A DNA stretch of 64,000 nt from Macrostomum lignano (taxonomy: Eukaryota), in contig NIVC01000217.1 of assembly GCA_002269645.1 (NCBI GenBank), forward strand, positions 620,001 through 684,000, given 5' to 3'. How positions within the stretch are numbered: the first letter of the stretch is position 1; each line of letters starts with the position of its first letter. A program made the position numbers and the translations under genes. A model generated the notes under the pieces. The model was given only the letters and a program-made list of their open reading frames with translations. It had not been told where the DNA came from and did not search any database. Shown here piece by piece: positions 11,895 to 24,713 of the stretch.

Positions 11895-12832
11895 TTCTCT
11901 CTGCATCTCACCCTGTCTCCCACTCTTATCTCTCTATTTCTCTCTCTGCATCTCACCCTGTCTCCCACTCTTATCTCTCTATTTCTCTCTCTGCATCTCA
12001 CCCTGTCTCCCACTCTTATCTCCCTATTTCTCTCTCTGCATCTCACCCTGTCTCCCACTCTTATCTCTCTATTTCTCTCTCTGCAGCTCACCCTGTCTCC
12101 CACTCTTATCTCCCTATTTCTCTCTCTGCATCTCACCCTGTCTCCCACTCTTATCTCCCTATTTCTCTCTCTGCATCTCACCCTGTCTCCCACTCTTATC
12201 TAACTAACTCTCTCTGCATCTCACCCTGCCTCCCACTCTTATCTCCCTAACTCTCTCTGCCTCCCACTCTTATCTACCTAACATTCTCTGCATCTCACCC
12301 TGCCTCCCACTCTTATCTCCCTAACTCTCTCTGCATCTCACCCTGCCTCCCACTCTTATCTCCCTAACTCTCTCTGCCTCCCACTCTTATCTACCTAACA
12401 TTCTCTGCATCTCACCCTGCCTCCCACTCTTATCTCCCTAACTCTCTCTGCATCTCACCCTGCCTCCCACTCTTATCTCCCTAACTCTCTCTGCATCTCA
12501 CCCTGTCTCCCACTCTTATCTACCTAACTCTCTCTGCATCTCACCCTGTCTCCCACTCTTATCTCCCTAACTCTCTCTCTGCATCTCACCCTGCCTCCCG
12601 CTCTTATCTAACTAACTCTCTCTCTGCATCTCACCCTGTCTCCCACTCTTATCTCCCTAACTCTCTCTCTGCATCTCACCCTGCCTCCCGCTCTTATCTA
12701 ACTAACTCTCTCTCTGCATCTCACCCTGTCTCCCACTCTTATCTACCTAACTCTCTGCATCTCACCCTGTCTCCCACTCTTATCTCCCTAACTCTCTCTG
12801 CAGCTCACCCTGTCTCCCACTCTTATCTCCCT

Positions 12833-12878
<46 letters not shown>

Positions 12879-12880
12879 CT
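11895..12880. repeat. ~42-bp pyrimidine-rich minisatellite ending in (CT)n
   Basis: CTCTCTGCATCTCACCCTGTCTCCCACTCTTATCTCCCTAA units. Confidence 0.95.
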
Positions 12881-13589
12881 CACATTGTCTTACACTCATA
12901 TCTCTCTAATGCTCATATTCAATCAATTAATTGCATTTATAATAAATTTGAATTTCCTAATTCTCATGAAATAAATACTCATTTAATTCTGTAACAAGAG
13001 GTTTTTAAGAATCTAAACTATCTTTCTCTGGACTTCCTGAGACTCAGCTAATATATGAATGCTTGAAATGCACCAACCAATGAGAACAGTCTGCAGTTCT
13101 GAGCCGCGCCCATTGGTGTTGCTGGGGCTGCGGGCAGGGGTTCCGTCTTCATCCCCCGCCAGCTGGAGCAAATGCAGTTTCTGCTTGCTAATGCGCGGCT
13201 TCAATGCGCTGTTGCTGTGATCAACTCGACCGTATTGTATGGCTGCTAATCCTATATGAGGGGGCCTTGGTGATGGGGTGGCTGCCTGTTTCTATTAGTC
13301 TTTCTCACTGGAAACCCGATATATGCTGCTTATGCTAAAGCACTGAGTCACCAGCATCATCTGTTGCAGATATTATAGATCGCGCAAAAAAGCAACTTAT
13401 CTTATCAAGAAAGCAGAACCGCTAAGAAATAGCATAGCAGTTCAGTTTGCAATCAATCTGGTTTAGTATGGATTCTTATCAAAGTTTTCAAAGCGTCTTC
13501 AATATGGGCCTTGTGCAGGTGAGTTGCCATTGTGCGTTTCTCAATCCTTGAAGGTATTTAGAATAGGACTTTTTATTTAGAGTGAAGGG

Positions 13590-14560
13590 TGTAGGGTGAG
13601 AAGGAGATAAGAGGGGATAGAGGTAGGGTAAGATGAAGATAAGAGTGAAGGGAGACAGGGTGAGAGGGAGATATAGGAGTGGGGGTAGATAGGGTGAGAG
13701 GAGATAAGAGTGGAGGTAGGGTGAGAGGGAGATAAGAGTGGAGATAGGGTCGGGTGAGAGGGAGGTAAGAGTGGAGGTAGATAGGGTGAGAGGGAGATAA
13801 GATTAGAGATAGGGTCGGTTGAAAGGGAGATAAGAGTAGAGATAGGGTCGGGTGAAAGGGAGATAAGAGTGGAGATAGGGTCGGGTGGGAGGGAGATAAG
13901 AGTAGAGCTAGACAGGGTGAGAGGGAGATAAGAGTGGAGATAGACAGGGTGAGAGGGAGATAAGAGTAGAGCTAGACAGGGTGAGAGGGAGATAAGAGTA
14001 GAGCTAGACAGGGTGAGAGGGAGATAAGAGTAGAGCTAGACAGGGTGAGAGGGAGATAAGAGTGGAGATAGACAGGGTGAGAGGGAGATAAGAGTAGAGC
14101 TAGACAGGGTGAGAGGGACATAAGAGTAGAGCTAGACAGGGTGAGAGGGAGATAAGAGTAGAGCTAGACAGGGTGAGAGGGAGATAAGAGTAGAGCTAGA
14201 CAGGGTGAGAGGGAGATAAGAGTAGAGCTAGACAGGGTGAGAGGGAGATAAGAGTAGAGCTAGACAGGGTGAGAGGGAGATAAGAGTAGAGCTAGACAGG
14301 GTGAGAGGGAGATAAGAGTGGAGATAGACAGGGTGAGAGGGAGATAAGAGTAGAGCTAGACAGGGTGAGAGGGAGATAAGAGTAGAGCTAGACAGGGTGA
14401 GAGGGAGATAAGAGTAGAGCTAGACAGGGTGAGAGGGAGATAAGAGTGGAGATAGACAGGGTGAGAGGGAGATAAGAGTGGAGGTAAGGTGAGAGGGAGA
14501 TAAGAGTGAGAGTGGAGGTAGAGTGAGAGGGAGATAAGAGTGGAGGCCGGTAGGTTGAGA
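13590..14560. repeat. 32-bp purine-rich minisatellite GAGAGGGAGATAAGAGTAGAGCTAGACAGGGT
   Basis: Visible tandem units; related to the reverse complement of 11895-12880. Confidence 0.95.
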
Positions 14561-15689
14561 TAGACAGGGATCAGGGGCCAAAGATGGTGTGAGAAAATCT
14601 TCAGAATCCAAGCACTGAACCACAAGCGCACACAGACAGCAATTGCGGCCGTGTCTCTATCATCATATCATGTGACTTTTTTATTGGCTAATATTCGCAG
14701 AAAAAGCATGTATTGCAAGTGAAATTGTACACTTCAATGCAACATGAAAACTGATACACACAGCGTCTGTGTCACACTGTGCTAACTGAGATTTTATTTA
14801 GCTTAGCATCATCAGCTGCGCAAAAGACGCAATTTGTCCATGCAGTTACAGTTGAAAACTTTTCAAAAACATCAACCAGCTCATCTGGTATCTGTCTATA
14901 TAAGTTTTTTGACGATTGACTAATTAATCAAATTAATCACTTCTGCATCATCAGGGACCAGCATCAGACACTGCTCAACAACTAATAGCTCTTGATACTT
15001 CATCCGTCCATTGCACAGACATGCAATTGAGCTCAAAACATGCGCTGACACAGCATGGGGTCAGGGCTAGCTGGGGGACCCCCCCAACCCCTGTTGCCGC
15101 CGCCATGTCACAGCCCTGGCGCCGCCCAGCCAGCCCCCTGACTTGAACGAGGAAGACAAATGACATTTTTCATGCTATGACACGCTGACCGCCCCCTCCC
15201 AGCTTAGCTTGAGCAATGGAATGCCGCTATAGCAATGGACCGACCCCCCTCCTCTGCTGCTGCAACAAGCGAGCTCTTGTTTTGCTGTTTTGCTTGTTTA
15301 AGCCTCTTATAATACCCATGCTTTTGGGTTGGCCAACCCCTCCCAGCACCGCCCCCTCCCTTATCTCTGAGGCATCAGAGGTGGCGCCAGTGTCAAGATC
15401 TTTGTCTCCACGATTGAGACAAGTTTGAGATAAAAAAAACTTGCGGTGCCTGCAAGCCGCTGTCTGTCTGTCCTGCTGTTTTGAGTGCTCAAGTTCTTTT
15501 AGATCATAATCTCTTCAAGAGCTGAATTTTCGTGTTTTGTGGATTCGCGATTTCATTTCACCCTCAACAGCTCCGACGAGAAGGGAGAAGCTGTGAGCAG
15601 GTTCTGCAGGAATTCTTTAGTTTAACTGGAAACCATTGAGATATGTGGGTGATTCGTTTTCGGTTAAGAGATGGAAGTGCTATTTTGGG

Positions 15690-17175
15690 TTTATGGTATT
15701 TCGGGTTTGTGATATTTTGGGTTTGTGATATTTCGGGTTTGTGATATTTCGGGTTTGTGATATTTCGGGTTTGTGATATTTCGGGTTTGTGATACTTCGA
15801 GTTATGATGCTTCGGGTTTGTGATATTTTGGGTTTGTGATATTTCAGGTTTGTGATATTTCGGGTTTGTGATATTTCGGGTTTGTGATATCTCGGGTTTG
15901 TGATATTTCGGGTTTGTGATATTTCGGGTTTGTGATATTTCGGGTTTGTGATATTTCGGGTTTGTGATATTTCGGGTTTGTGATATTTCGGGTTTGTGAT
16001 ACTTCGAGTTATGATGCTTCGGGTTTGTGATATTTTGGGTTTGTGATATTTCAGGTTTGTGATATTTCGGGTTTGTGATATTTCGGGTTTGTGATATTTC
16101 GGGTTTGTGATATCTCGGGTTTGTGATATTTCGGGTTTGTGATATTTCGGGTTTGTGATATTTCGGGTTTGTGATATTTCGGGTTTATGATATTTCGGGT
16201 TTGTGATATTTCGGGTTTGTGATATTTCGAGTTATGATGCTTCGGGTTTGTGATATTTCGGGTTTGTGATATTTCGGGTTTGTGATATTTCGGGTTTGTG
16301 ATATTTCGGGTTATGATGCTTCGGGTTTGTGATATTTTGGGTTTGTGATATTTCAGGTTTGTGATATTTCGGGTTTGTGATATTTCGGGTTTGTGATATT
16401 TCGGGTTTGTGATATCTCGGGTTTGTGATATTTCGGGTTTGTGATATTTCGGGTTTGTGATATTTCGGGTTTGTGATATTTCGGGTTTGTGATATTTCGG
16501 GTTTATGATATTTCGGGTTTGTGATATCTCGGGTTTGTGATATTTCGGGTTTGTGATATTTCGGGTTTGTGATATTTCGGGCGTCTGATATTTCAGGTTT
16601 GTGATATTTCGGGTTTGTGATATTTCGGGTTTGTGATATTTCGGGTTTGTGATATTTCGGGTTTGTGATATTTCGAGTTATGATGCTTCGGGTTTGTGAT
16701 ATTTCGGGTTTGTGATATTTCGGGTTTGTGATATTTCGGGTTTGTGATATTTCGGGTTTGTGATACTTCGAGTTATGATGCTTCGGGTTTGTGACATTTC
16801 GGGTTTGTGATATTTCGGGTTTGTGATATCTCGGGTTTGTGATATTTCGGGTTTGTGATATTTCGAGTTATGATGCTTCGGGTTTGTGATATTTCGGGTT
16901 TGTGATATTTCGAGTTATGATGCTTCGGGTTTGTGATATTTCGGGTTTGTGATATTTCGGGTTTGTGATATTTCGGGTTTGTGATATTTCGGGTTTGTGA
17001 TATTTCGGGTTTGTGATATTTCGGGTTTGTGATATTTCGGATTTGTGATACTTCGGGTGTCTGATATTTCAGGTTTGTGACATTTCGGGTTTGTGATATT
17101 TCGGGTTTGTGATATTTCGGGTTTGTGATACTTCGGGTGTCTGATATTTCAGGTTTGTGATATTTCGGGTTTGTG
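15690..17175. repeat. 16-bp minisatellite GATATTTCGGGTTTGT
   Basis: About 90 units with recurring variant blocks. Confidence 0.95.
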
Positions 17176-17994
17176 GGGTGCTTTAACAAGGTCGAAATGT
17201 CACAACGTTGAAAAGTAAATTATTTCACAAGGTCGATACTTCATAAGCTAGAAATTTCACGTCGAAAACTGACTCTATAACAAGAACTATGCAGTACCAG
17301 TAGTTTTCTACGTTGTGAAATTTCGACCTTGTGAAAGAAGGTGCTTTTGACGTTGTGAAATTTCGAGTTTGTGAACCCCCCCTCTCAGATAAACAAGCGA
17401 AAAAGATAAATTATATCTCAGTCGCTGGATCAAACAAACTTGAATCCACGCGTCAAATTCTTAAAGATTTTTTCAAGTAGCCGCTTGTTGATGATAATAA
17501 TTAAATACTCTCTAGCACTGCTCACCCAACCTCAACCACTTGGAGACAAGCGAAGCGAGAGCTTCTATTTAGAAAAACCGAAGTCATTTATTAACTGAGG
17601 ACAGGCAGACAAGACATGCAGACACCAGGTCTGGCAGGGGTTGTAGCCAACTGGGTCTGAGTGGCGCCCCTATAGCCCGGGCTAGACTCTCCGCTACTGT
17701 CTGCAGTAATATTTATTGCAAAACGATTGCTATCAATGATTGAGCAGACCCGCAATGCTGTTTGCATTTTTTAGGAGGGTGGGGGTTGGGGGTTGAAATG
17801 CTGAGCTTGCAATGAGAATGCTCTGCGCTTCGTCCTAATTTATTGCTGAGAGAGTGCCGGCGTACGCGAATGCAGTTAAAGAATAAGAAGTTTTCAAAAG
17901 ACTGCCATAGTCAAAAAGAATAAGTTTTCCGATTTGAGATCCACATTAGGATAATAGATTTGAAAATAAAGAGAGCGAGAGAGTGAGACTGTAT

Positions 17995-18750
17995 AGAAAT
18001 GAGAGTGAGATGGTAGACATGAAAGTGGGATGGTAGACATGAGAGTGAGATGATAGACATAAGAGCGAGATGTTAGACATGAGAGTGAGATGGTAGACAT
18101 GAGAGTGAGATGGTAGACATGAGAGTGAGATGGTAGACATGAGAGTGAGATGGTAGGCATGAGAGTGAAATGATAGACATGAGAGAGAGATGGTAGACAT
18201 GAGAGTGAGATGATAGACATGAGAGTGAGATGATAGACATGAGAGTGAGATGGTAGAGAGATGAGAGTGAGATGGTATAGAGATGAGAGCGAGATGGTAG
18301 AGAGATGAGAGTGAGATGGTAGACATGAGAGTGAGATGGTAGGCATGAGGGTAAGATGTTAGACATGAGAGCGAGATGGTAGAGAGATGAGAGTGAGATG
18401 ATAGACATGAGAGTGAGATGGTAGACATGAGAGTGAGATGGTAGACATGAGGGTAAGATGGTAGACATGAGAGTGAGTTGGTAGACATGAGAGTGAGTTG
18501 TTAGAAATGAGAGTGAGTTGGTAGACATGAGAGTGAGATGGTAGACATGAGAGTGAGATGATAGACATGAGAGTGAGATGGTAGGCATGAGGGTAAGATG
18601 GTAGACATGAGAGTGAGTTGGTAGACATGAGAGTGAGTTGTTAGAAATGAGAGTGAGTTGGTAGACATGAGAGTGAGCTGGTAGACATGAGAGTGAGTTG
18701 GTAGACATGAGAGTGAGATAGTAGACATGAGAGTGAGATGGTAGAAAATG
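17995..18750. repeat. 20-bp minisatellite GAGAGTGAGATGGTAGACAT
   Basis: Visible tandem units upstream of the Irx exon. Confidence 0.95.
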
Positions 18751-18831
18751 AAGTCACTAAATTCTTAGGATAGAGAAGACAGCAAAGCTGTTTCAGGACG
18801 TTACTTGTTTCAACCATCATCTTCCGCGCAG

Positions 18832-20987
18832 GTGTGGCAGCAGGTGCTGCAGCAGCAGCTACAGCAGGACCATCCGCTCCATCAGAGCCATCCGATGCCA
18901 ACGCTTGCCACCTACGCAATGGCAGAGTGGCTTGAGCAGCAGCAGAATCCTCATCATCAAGAGGCAATTGCATCGCCAGCTTGGCATCTGCCACCACCGA
19001 CACTGCCGCCGCCGCCGCCGCCGCCTCCGCAGCACCAGCGCCACGACCAGCAGTCGTTGACGTCGCAGATTCTGCCGCGCCGTCCGAATGAAGCGCCAGC
19101 CGACGAATCGGCGCTGAAGTGGCGCCACCTGCCGGCCACGCTGAGGAGGCGCGCCAGCGCCCAAGCGGCCAGCGCGCTGTTGAAGGCGTGGATGCGCCAG
19201 CACGCGGACAATCCGTACCCGTCGAAGAGGGAGAAGTCAGCGCTGGCCGCTCTCACTAATATGAGCTTTGCTCAGGTGCGCTGCTGGGTGGCTGAGAATC
19301 TGGGAATCACTGGAGATCACTGGGGATCATTGGGGATTACTGGGGATCATTAGAGATCATTGAAGATCATTGGGAAATACTGGAGATCATTGGGGATCAC
19401 TGGGGATCATTGGGGATATTTAGGGATCATTAGGGATCACTAGGGATCACTGGAGATCATTGGTTATCCCTGAGGATCTCTGGGGATCACTGGGGATCAT
19501 TGGGGATCATTGGGGATCATTAGGGATCATTAGGGATCACTAGGGATCACTGGGGATCATTGGTTATCCCTGAGGATTTCTGGGGATCACTGGGGATCAT
19601 TGGGGATCATTGGGGATCATTAGGGATCATTAGGGATCACTAGGGATCACTGGAGATCATTGGTTATCCCTGAGGATCTCTGGGGATCACTGAGGATCAT
19701 TGGGGATCATTGGGGATCATTAGGGATCATTAGGGATCACTAGGGATCACTAGGGATCATTGGGGATCATTGGGGATAATTAGGGATCATTAGGGATCAC
19801 TAGGGATCACTGGAGATCATTGGTTATCCCTGAGGATCTCTGGGGATCACTGGGGATCATTGGGGATCATTGGGGATCATTAGGGATCATTAGGGATCAC
19901 TAGGGATCACTGGGGATCATTGGGGATCATTGGGGATCATTAGGGATCATTAGGGATCACTAGGGATCACTGGGGATCATTGGTTATCCCTGAGGATCTC
20001 TGGGGATCACTGGGGATCATTGGGGATCATTGGGGATCATTAGGGATCATTAGGGATCACTAGGGATCACTGGAGATCATTGGTTATCCCTGAGGATCTC
20101 TGGGGATCACTGGGGATCATTGGGGATCATTGGGGATCATTAGGGATCATTAGGGATCACTAGGGATCACTGGGGATCATTGGGGATCATTGAGGATCAT
20201 TAGGGATCATTAGGGATCACTAGGGATCACTGGGGATCATTGGTTATCCCTGAGGATTTCTGGGGATCACTGGGGATCATTGGGGATCATTGGGGATCAT
20301 TAGGGATCATTAGGGATCACTAGGGATCACTGGGGATCATTGGTTATCCCTGAGGATTTCTGGGATCATTGGGGATCACTGATGATCACTGGGGATCACT
20401 GGGGATCATTGGGGATCATTAGGAATAACTGGGGATCACTGGGGATCATTGGGGATCATTGGGGATCACTGCGGATAACTGGGGATCACGGGGATCACAG
20501 GGGATCACAGGGGATCACGGAGGTTCCCTGAGGATTACTGGGGATCACTGGGGATAACTGCAGATAACTGTGGATAACTGGGACTGGGTATCAGTGGGGA
20601 TCACTGGGGATCACGGAATGGCAATCAAGACTGGATACAAAGATGCATTCAGGTATAACAACCTGAAAATCCTACAGCATTTAATAAGCCGTGTATACTC
20701 GTATTTGGCAGCTCAAAGTACAGTAATTAACTCGAGTTTAAATTTTTTCCCACATTCCCAGATCTCCACCTGGTTCGCCAACGCCCGTCGAAGACTTAAG
20801 AAGGACGCCAATGGCAGTTCGAATGGCAGCGAATTCAGCAGCAGCAGTGGCAGCGGCGAGGGAGGCGCCGGTCGCACTACTGACAGTAGCAAGCCGAGGA
20901 TCTGGTCGCTGGTTGAAACCGCTTTAAAAGATGATGCAAGTTCGCCAGAAAGAGCCGCTGCTGCTGCTGCCGCTGTGACTGAGAGAG
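18832..20987 (+). CDS. irx: Iroquois-class TALE homeobox protein; 5' exon not found, possible last exon 22162-22271
   Basis: Exons 18832-19275 and 20762-~20987 join to give LLKAWMRQHADNPYPSKREKSALAALTNMSFAQ|ISTWFANARRRLKKD, a TALE homeodomain with the PYP loop, followed by the IRO-box-like KPRIWSLVETA. If the 20988 donor is not used, the ORF ends at 21022. Confidence 0.88.
19300..20620. repeat. 10-bp GGGGATCAYT array with higher-order blocks (Irx intron)
   Basis: Strict 10-bp register; marker TGGTTATCCC recurs every 100 or 160 bp. Confidence 0.95.
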
Positions 20988-20994
20988 GTGAGGA

Positions 20995-22000
20995 AGGCGG
21001 TGTAGCTGAGGGTGGTAGCTGAGGGTGTAGCTGAGGGTGTAGCTGAGGGTGGTAGCTGAGGGTGTAGCTGAGGGTGTAGCTGAGGGTGTAGCTGAGGGTG
21101 CAGCTGAGGGTGTAGCTGAGGGTGCAGCTGAGGGGTGTAGCTGAGGGTGTAGCTGAGGGTGCAGCAGAGGGTGTAGCTGAGGGTGTAGCTGAGGGTGCAG
21201 CTGAGGGGGTAGCTGAGGGGGTTGCTGAGGGTGCAGCTGAGGGTGTAGTTGAGGGTGCAGCTGAGGGGGTAGCTGAGGGTGTAGCTCAGGGTGCAGCTGA
21301 GGGTGCAGCTGAGGGTGCAGCTGAGGGGGTAGCTGAGGGGGTTGCTGAGGGTGCAGCTGAGGCTGTAGCTGAGGGTGTAGCTGAGGGTGTAGCTGAGGGG
21401 TGTAGCTGAGGGTGCAGCTGAGGCTGTAGCTGAGGGTGCAGCTGAGGGTGCAGCTGAGGGTGCAGCTGAGGGGGTAGCTGAGGGGGTTGCTGAGGGTGCA
21501 GCTGAGGCTGTAGCTGAGGGTGTAGCTGAGGGTGTAGCTGAGGGTGTAGCTGAGGGGTGTAGCTGAGGGTGCAGCTGAGGCTGTAGCTGAGAGTGTAGCT
21601 GAGGGTGTAGCTGAGGGTGTAGCTGAGGGTGTAGCTGAGGGTGTAGCTGAGGGTGTAGCTGAGGGGTGTAGCTGAGGGTGCAGCTGAGGCTGTAGCTGAG
21701 GGTGTAGCTGAGGGGTGTAGCTGAGGAGTGTAGCTGAGGGTGTAGCTGAGGGTGTAGCTGAGGGTGTAGCTGAGGCTGCAGCTGAGTTTAGCTGAGGGTA
21801 CAGCTGAGGGTGCAGCTCAGGTTGTAGCTGAGGGTGTAGCTCAGGTTGTAGCTGAGGGTGTAGCTGAGGGTGTAGCTGAGGCTGCAGCTGAGGGTGTAGC
21901 TGAGGCTGCAGCTGAGGCTGCAGCTGAGGCTGCAGCTGAGGCTGCAGCTGAGGGTACAGCTGAGGGTGCAGCTCACGGTGTAGCTGAGGGTGTAGCTGAG
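20995..22000. repeat. 12-bp minisatellite GAGGGTGTAGCT
   Basis: Visible tandem units. Confidence 0.95.
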
Positions 22001-22839
22001 TGGAGTCTATGGGAATCGAAAAACCTAAGGTGAAAATATCTGTAGCATACTACTAGTCGTAGTGCAACAGTAGTCTTCATGCATATTTAGTATATTTTAG
22101 TGGATTTTATCATCGATTCGCTGAAAAAAGTCACTCAATATTCATAAATTTTAATCTTCAGACGGCATCTCAGCAGCAGAAGCAGCAGCAGTTGATGAGG
22201 CCGCTCTTAGTTGCTGGGGCCGCAACTGCCTAAGCAGCAGGTGCTCAGGGTACTCAAGCCTGTCAAACTGAACACTTAACTTGAACAAAACAAACTGCAT
22301 GGGCGATTGCTTGTTCAACTGGTGTTCTATTTCCTTGTTGGTCAATATTGATTGATTTTGACTTAATGAATTACATGATCTTGTCTTGTTTATTTCTGTT
22401 TGTGAAATATTTTGCCAAGGATCTCTCTTTGTCTCTCTTGTCCCACTTTTTCATATCGCTCTAGTTGTATAAATTGATAAAGTATTCATATTTTTATTTG
22501 AAAAGACTAGGCTGTAACTAGCATGCATACAGCTGCGATTATACTCTTTATGATAAATTATCATACTTCTGAACTCTATAATACTGATAAATAATTTATT
22601 TTGCATGAATATGGGCACTATAAACTGCAGTCAATACTTTTTGAGGCCAATAAATTTAAGCCACGTGCTGTAAATCATTTATGGTTTTGTAATTTTCTTT
22701 TTTTGTATTTTTAGGTACAGTTTATTTATAAGTATGAAAGTAAATCTGGAAACTCTCTATCAAAGTGCTCTTGTTCGCGTTTGAAGGCTTGATTGATGTT
22801 TTCTGCACACGATAGCGGCTTCAGGTTTTGGTAGACTGC

Positions 22840-23375
22840 CACCTGAAGGATCAGGGAGGGGTGGCAGCGGTGGCTCACCTGAAGGATCAGGCAGCGGTGG
22901 CTCACCTGAAGGATCAGGGAGGGGTGGCAGCGGTGGCTCACCTGAAGGATCAGGGAGGGTGGCAGCGGTGGCTCACCTGAAGGATCAGGGAGGGGTGGCA
23001 GCGGTGGCTCACCTGAAGGATCAGGGAGGGGTGGCAGCGGTGGCTCACCTGAAGAATCAGGCAGCGGTGGCTCACCTGAAGGATCAGGCAGCGGTGGCTC
23101 ACCTGAAGGATCAGGCAGCGGTGGCTCACCTGAAGGATCAGGGAGGGGTGGCAGCGGTGGCTCACCTGAAGGATCAGGGAGGGGTGGCAGCGGTGGCTCA
23201 CCTGAAGGATCAGGGAGGGGTGGCAGCGGTGGCTCACCTGAAGAATCAGGCAGCGGTGGCTCACCTGAAGGATCAGGCAGCGGTGGCTCACCTGAAGGAT
23301 CAGGCAGCGGTGGCTCACCTGAAGGATCAGGGAGGGGTGGCTCACCTGAAGGATCAGGGAGGGGTGGCTCACCTG
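22840..23375 (-). repeat. 36/27-bp minisatellite, same family as 10345-11400 (copy B, inverted)
   Basis: GGCAGCGGTGGCTCACCTGAAGGATCAGGGAGGGGT units on the + strand. Confidence 0.95.
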
Positions 23376-24713
23376 CATGAAGAAGGCCTGCTTCAATTGT
23401 GCAGCATGATGGGCACACGGCTGCAGCTTGTTGAGGAGACAGCTGCTCGGCGGTGCCCCCGAGCTCGAGCGGACACAAATTTGGCTCTGAGACTACTGCA
23501 AACACCCAGTCAGTGTTTCTTGGTCAGATCAACTTTCAGTTTATTGCGCCTCGTCAAGTATCACGGAGATTTCTATATAACGCTGAAAGAGGCTGAGAGT
23601 GCGAGTTTCACCTTCAGATAAATTGGAAGTCTCTTAAGTCTTTGAGGTAGAAGTCGGCATGAGACAGGAGCTTGCGCTTATGCCATCACTCTATGGGACA
23701 GGAAACGAATGCTGGCGTCAATAAGAATGCTGGCTGGGAATGTTGAGGAAGGCGTTAAAGTCATCACAATGAGCAGATGGGGGAGGGCGCTTATGATCAT
23801 GCAGTATGCGCGCCCTTGCGTTCTTGAGTGGAAAACTGGACTGCTTCTGTGGGAAGATTGGGCCAAAATAACGCTCCCCAAGTCCTGCAGGGTAATCCTC
23901 TTGGCCTGACACAAGCCTCACCTCCAAAAAGGGCCGAAATGAGGGTCCTTAGTAGTATTTTTTAAATCTATTCATTACATTTTTTACAAGGGACTACCTT
24001 GCAAGAATTTTTGTCCCTGATGGAACCCTCGCTTGACTATGTTATAAAAAGCTATTTTTGTAAAGCTGTCGTGAACATGCCAATGATGGAAATCTTAAAA
24101 AGACACTTTCTGAAGCCGTAGTGATAGAAATGAAATCGTTTTTCATTGGTGCAGCTCTTTGAACATAATTAATTCTGCTGCAAGACGCCAACATGAGTGT
24201 CTGCGACGCCCTAACAGCCCGTATGTCAGAATAATATGGAAGTTTTTCATTTTGGATTCCTTGGTTTTGTCCCCCCCTTCCACACCACACAATCAATGAC
24301 GATATCCCCTGCGTGTTTCCACACCAGTTGTGCACTGGAGTGAGTGTACAAGATCTCTGCTGAATACTTGAGAAAAGTGAGGCAATATAGATAGTTTTGT
24401 TCCCGTATTCAGCCAAAGACGCCCACGGGCTAAAAGAAGTTTGCTTTAACAACATAACGCTTGGCTACTGTATCCATGCTAGTAGTCTCTTAAATTGGCT
24501 TTCCGTGACGGAAACTGTCAGTGCCTAACTAATGAGAAGAAATGTCGGCTCCTAATTAGTGGGGAACTCTCCTCGATTCTCCACGCATTCACTCACGCAA
24601 AAACTATATTTAGTACTGGCTTGGCAGACCTTTTAAACTAAAAACGCCTTTACAAAAGCGGCTAAGTTGAAAACTTTTCCTGCCGTTACTTACCGACTCC
24701 TTGTGGCTGCAAC

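Noticed and set aside
15105-15146. Strong Kozak ATG (gccgccgccATG) as a candidate Irx first exon
   Set aside because: It closes after 13 codons with no splice donor.
18641-19256. Minus-strand ORFs overlapping the Irx exon, and similar shadows over BCR, FReD and TECPR2 exons
   Set aside because: Antisense shadows of GC-rich coding sequence with no family motifs.
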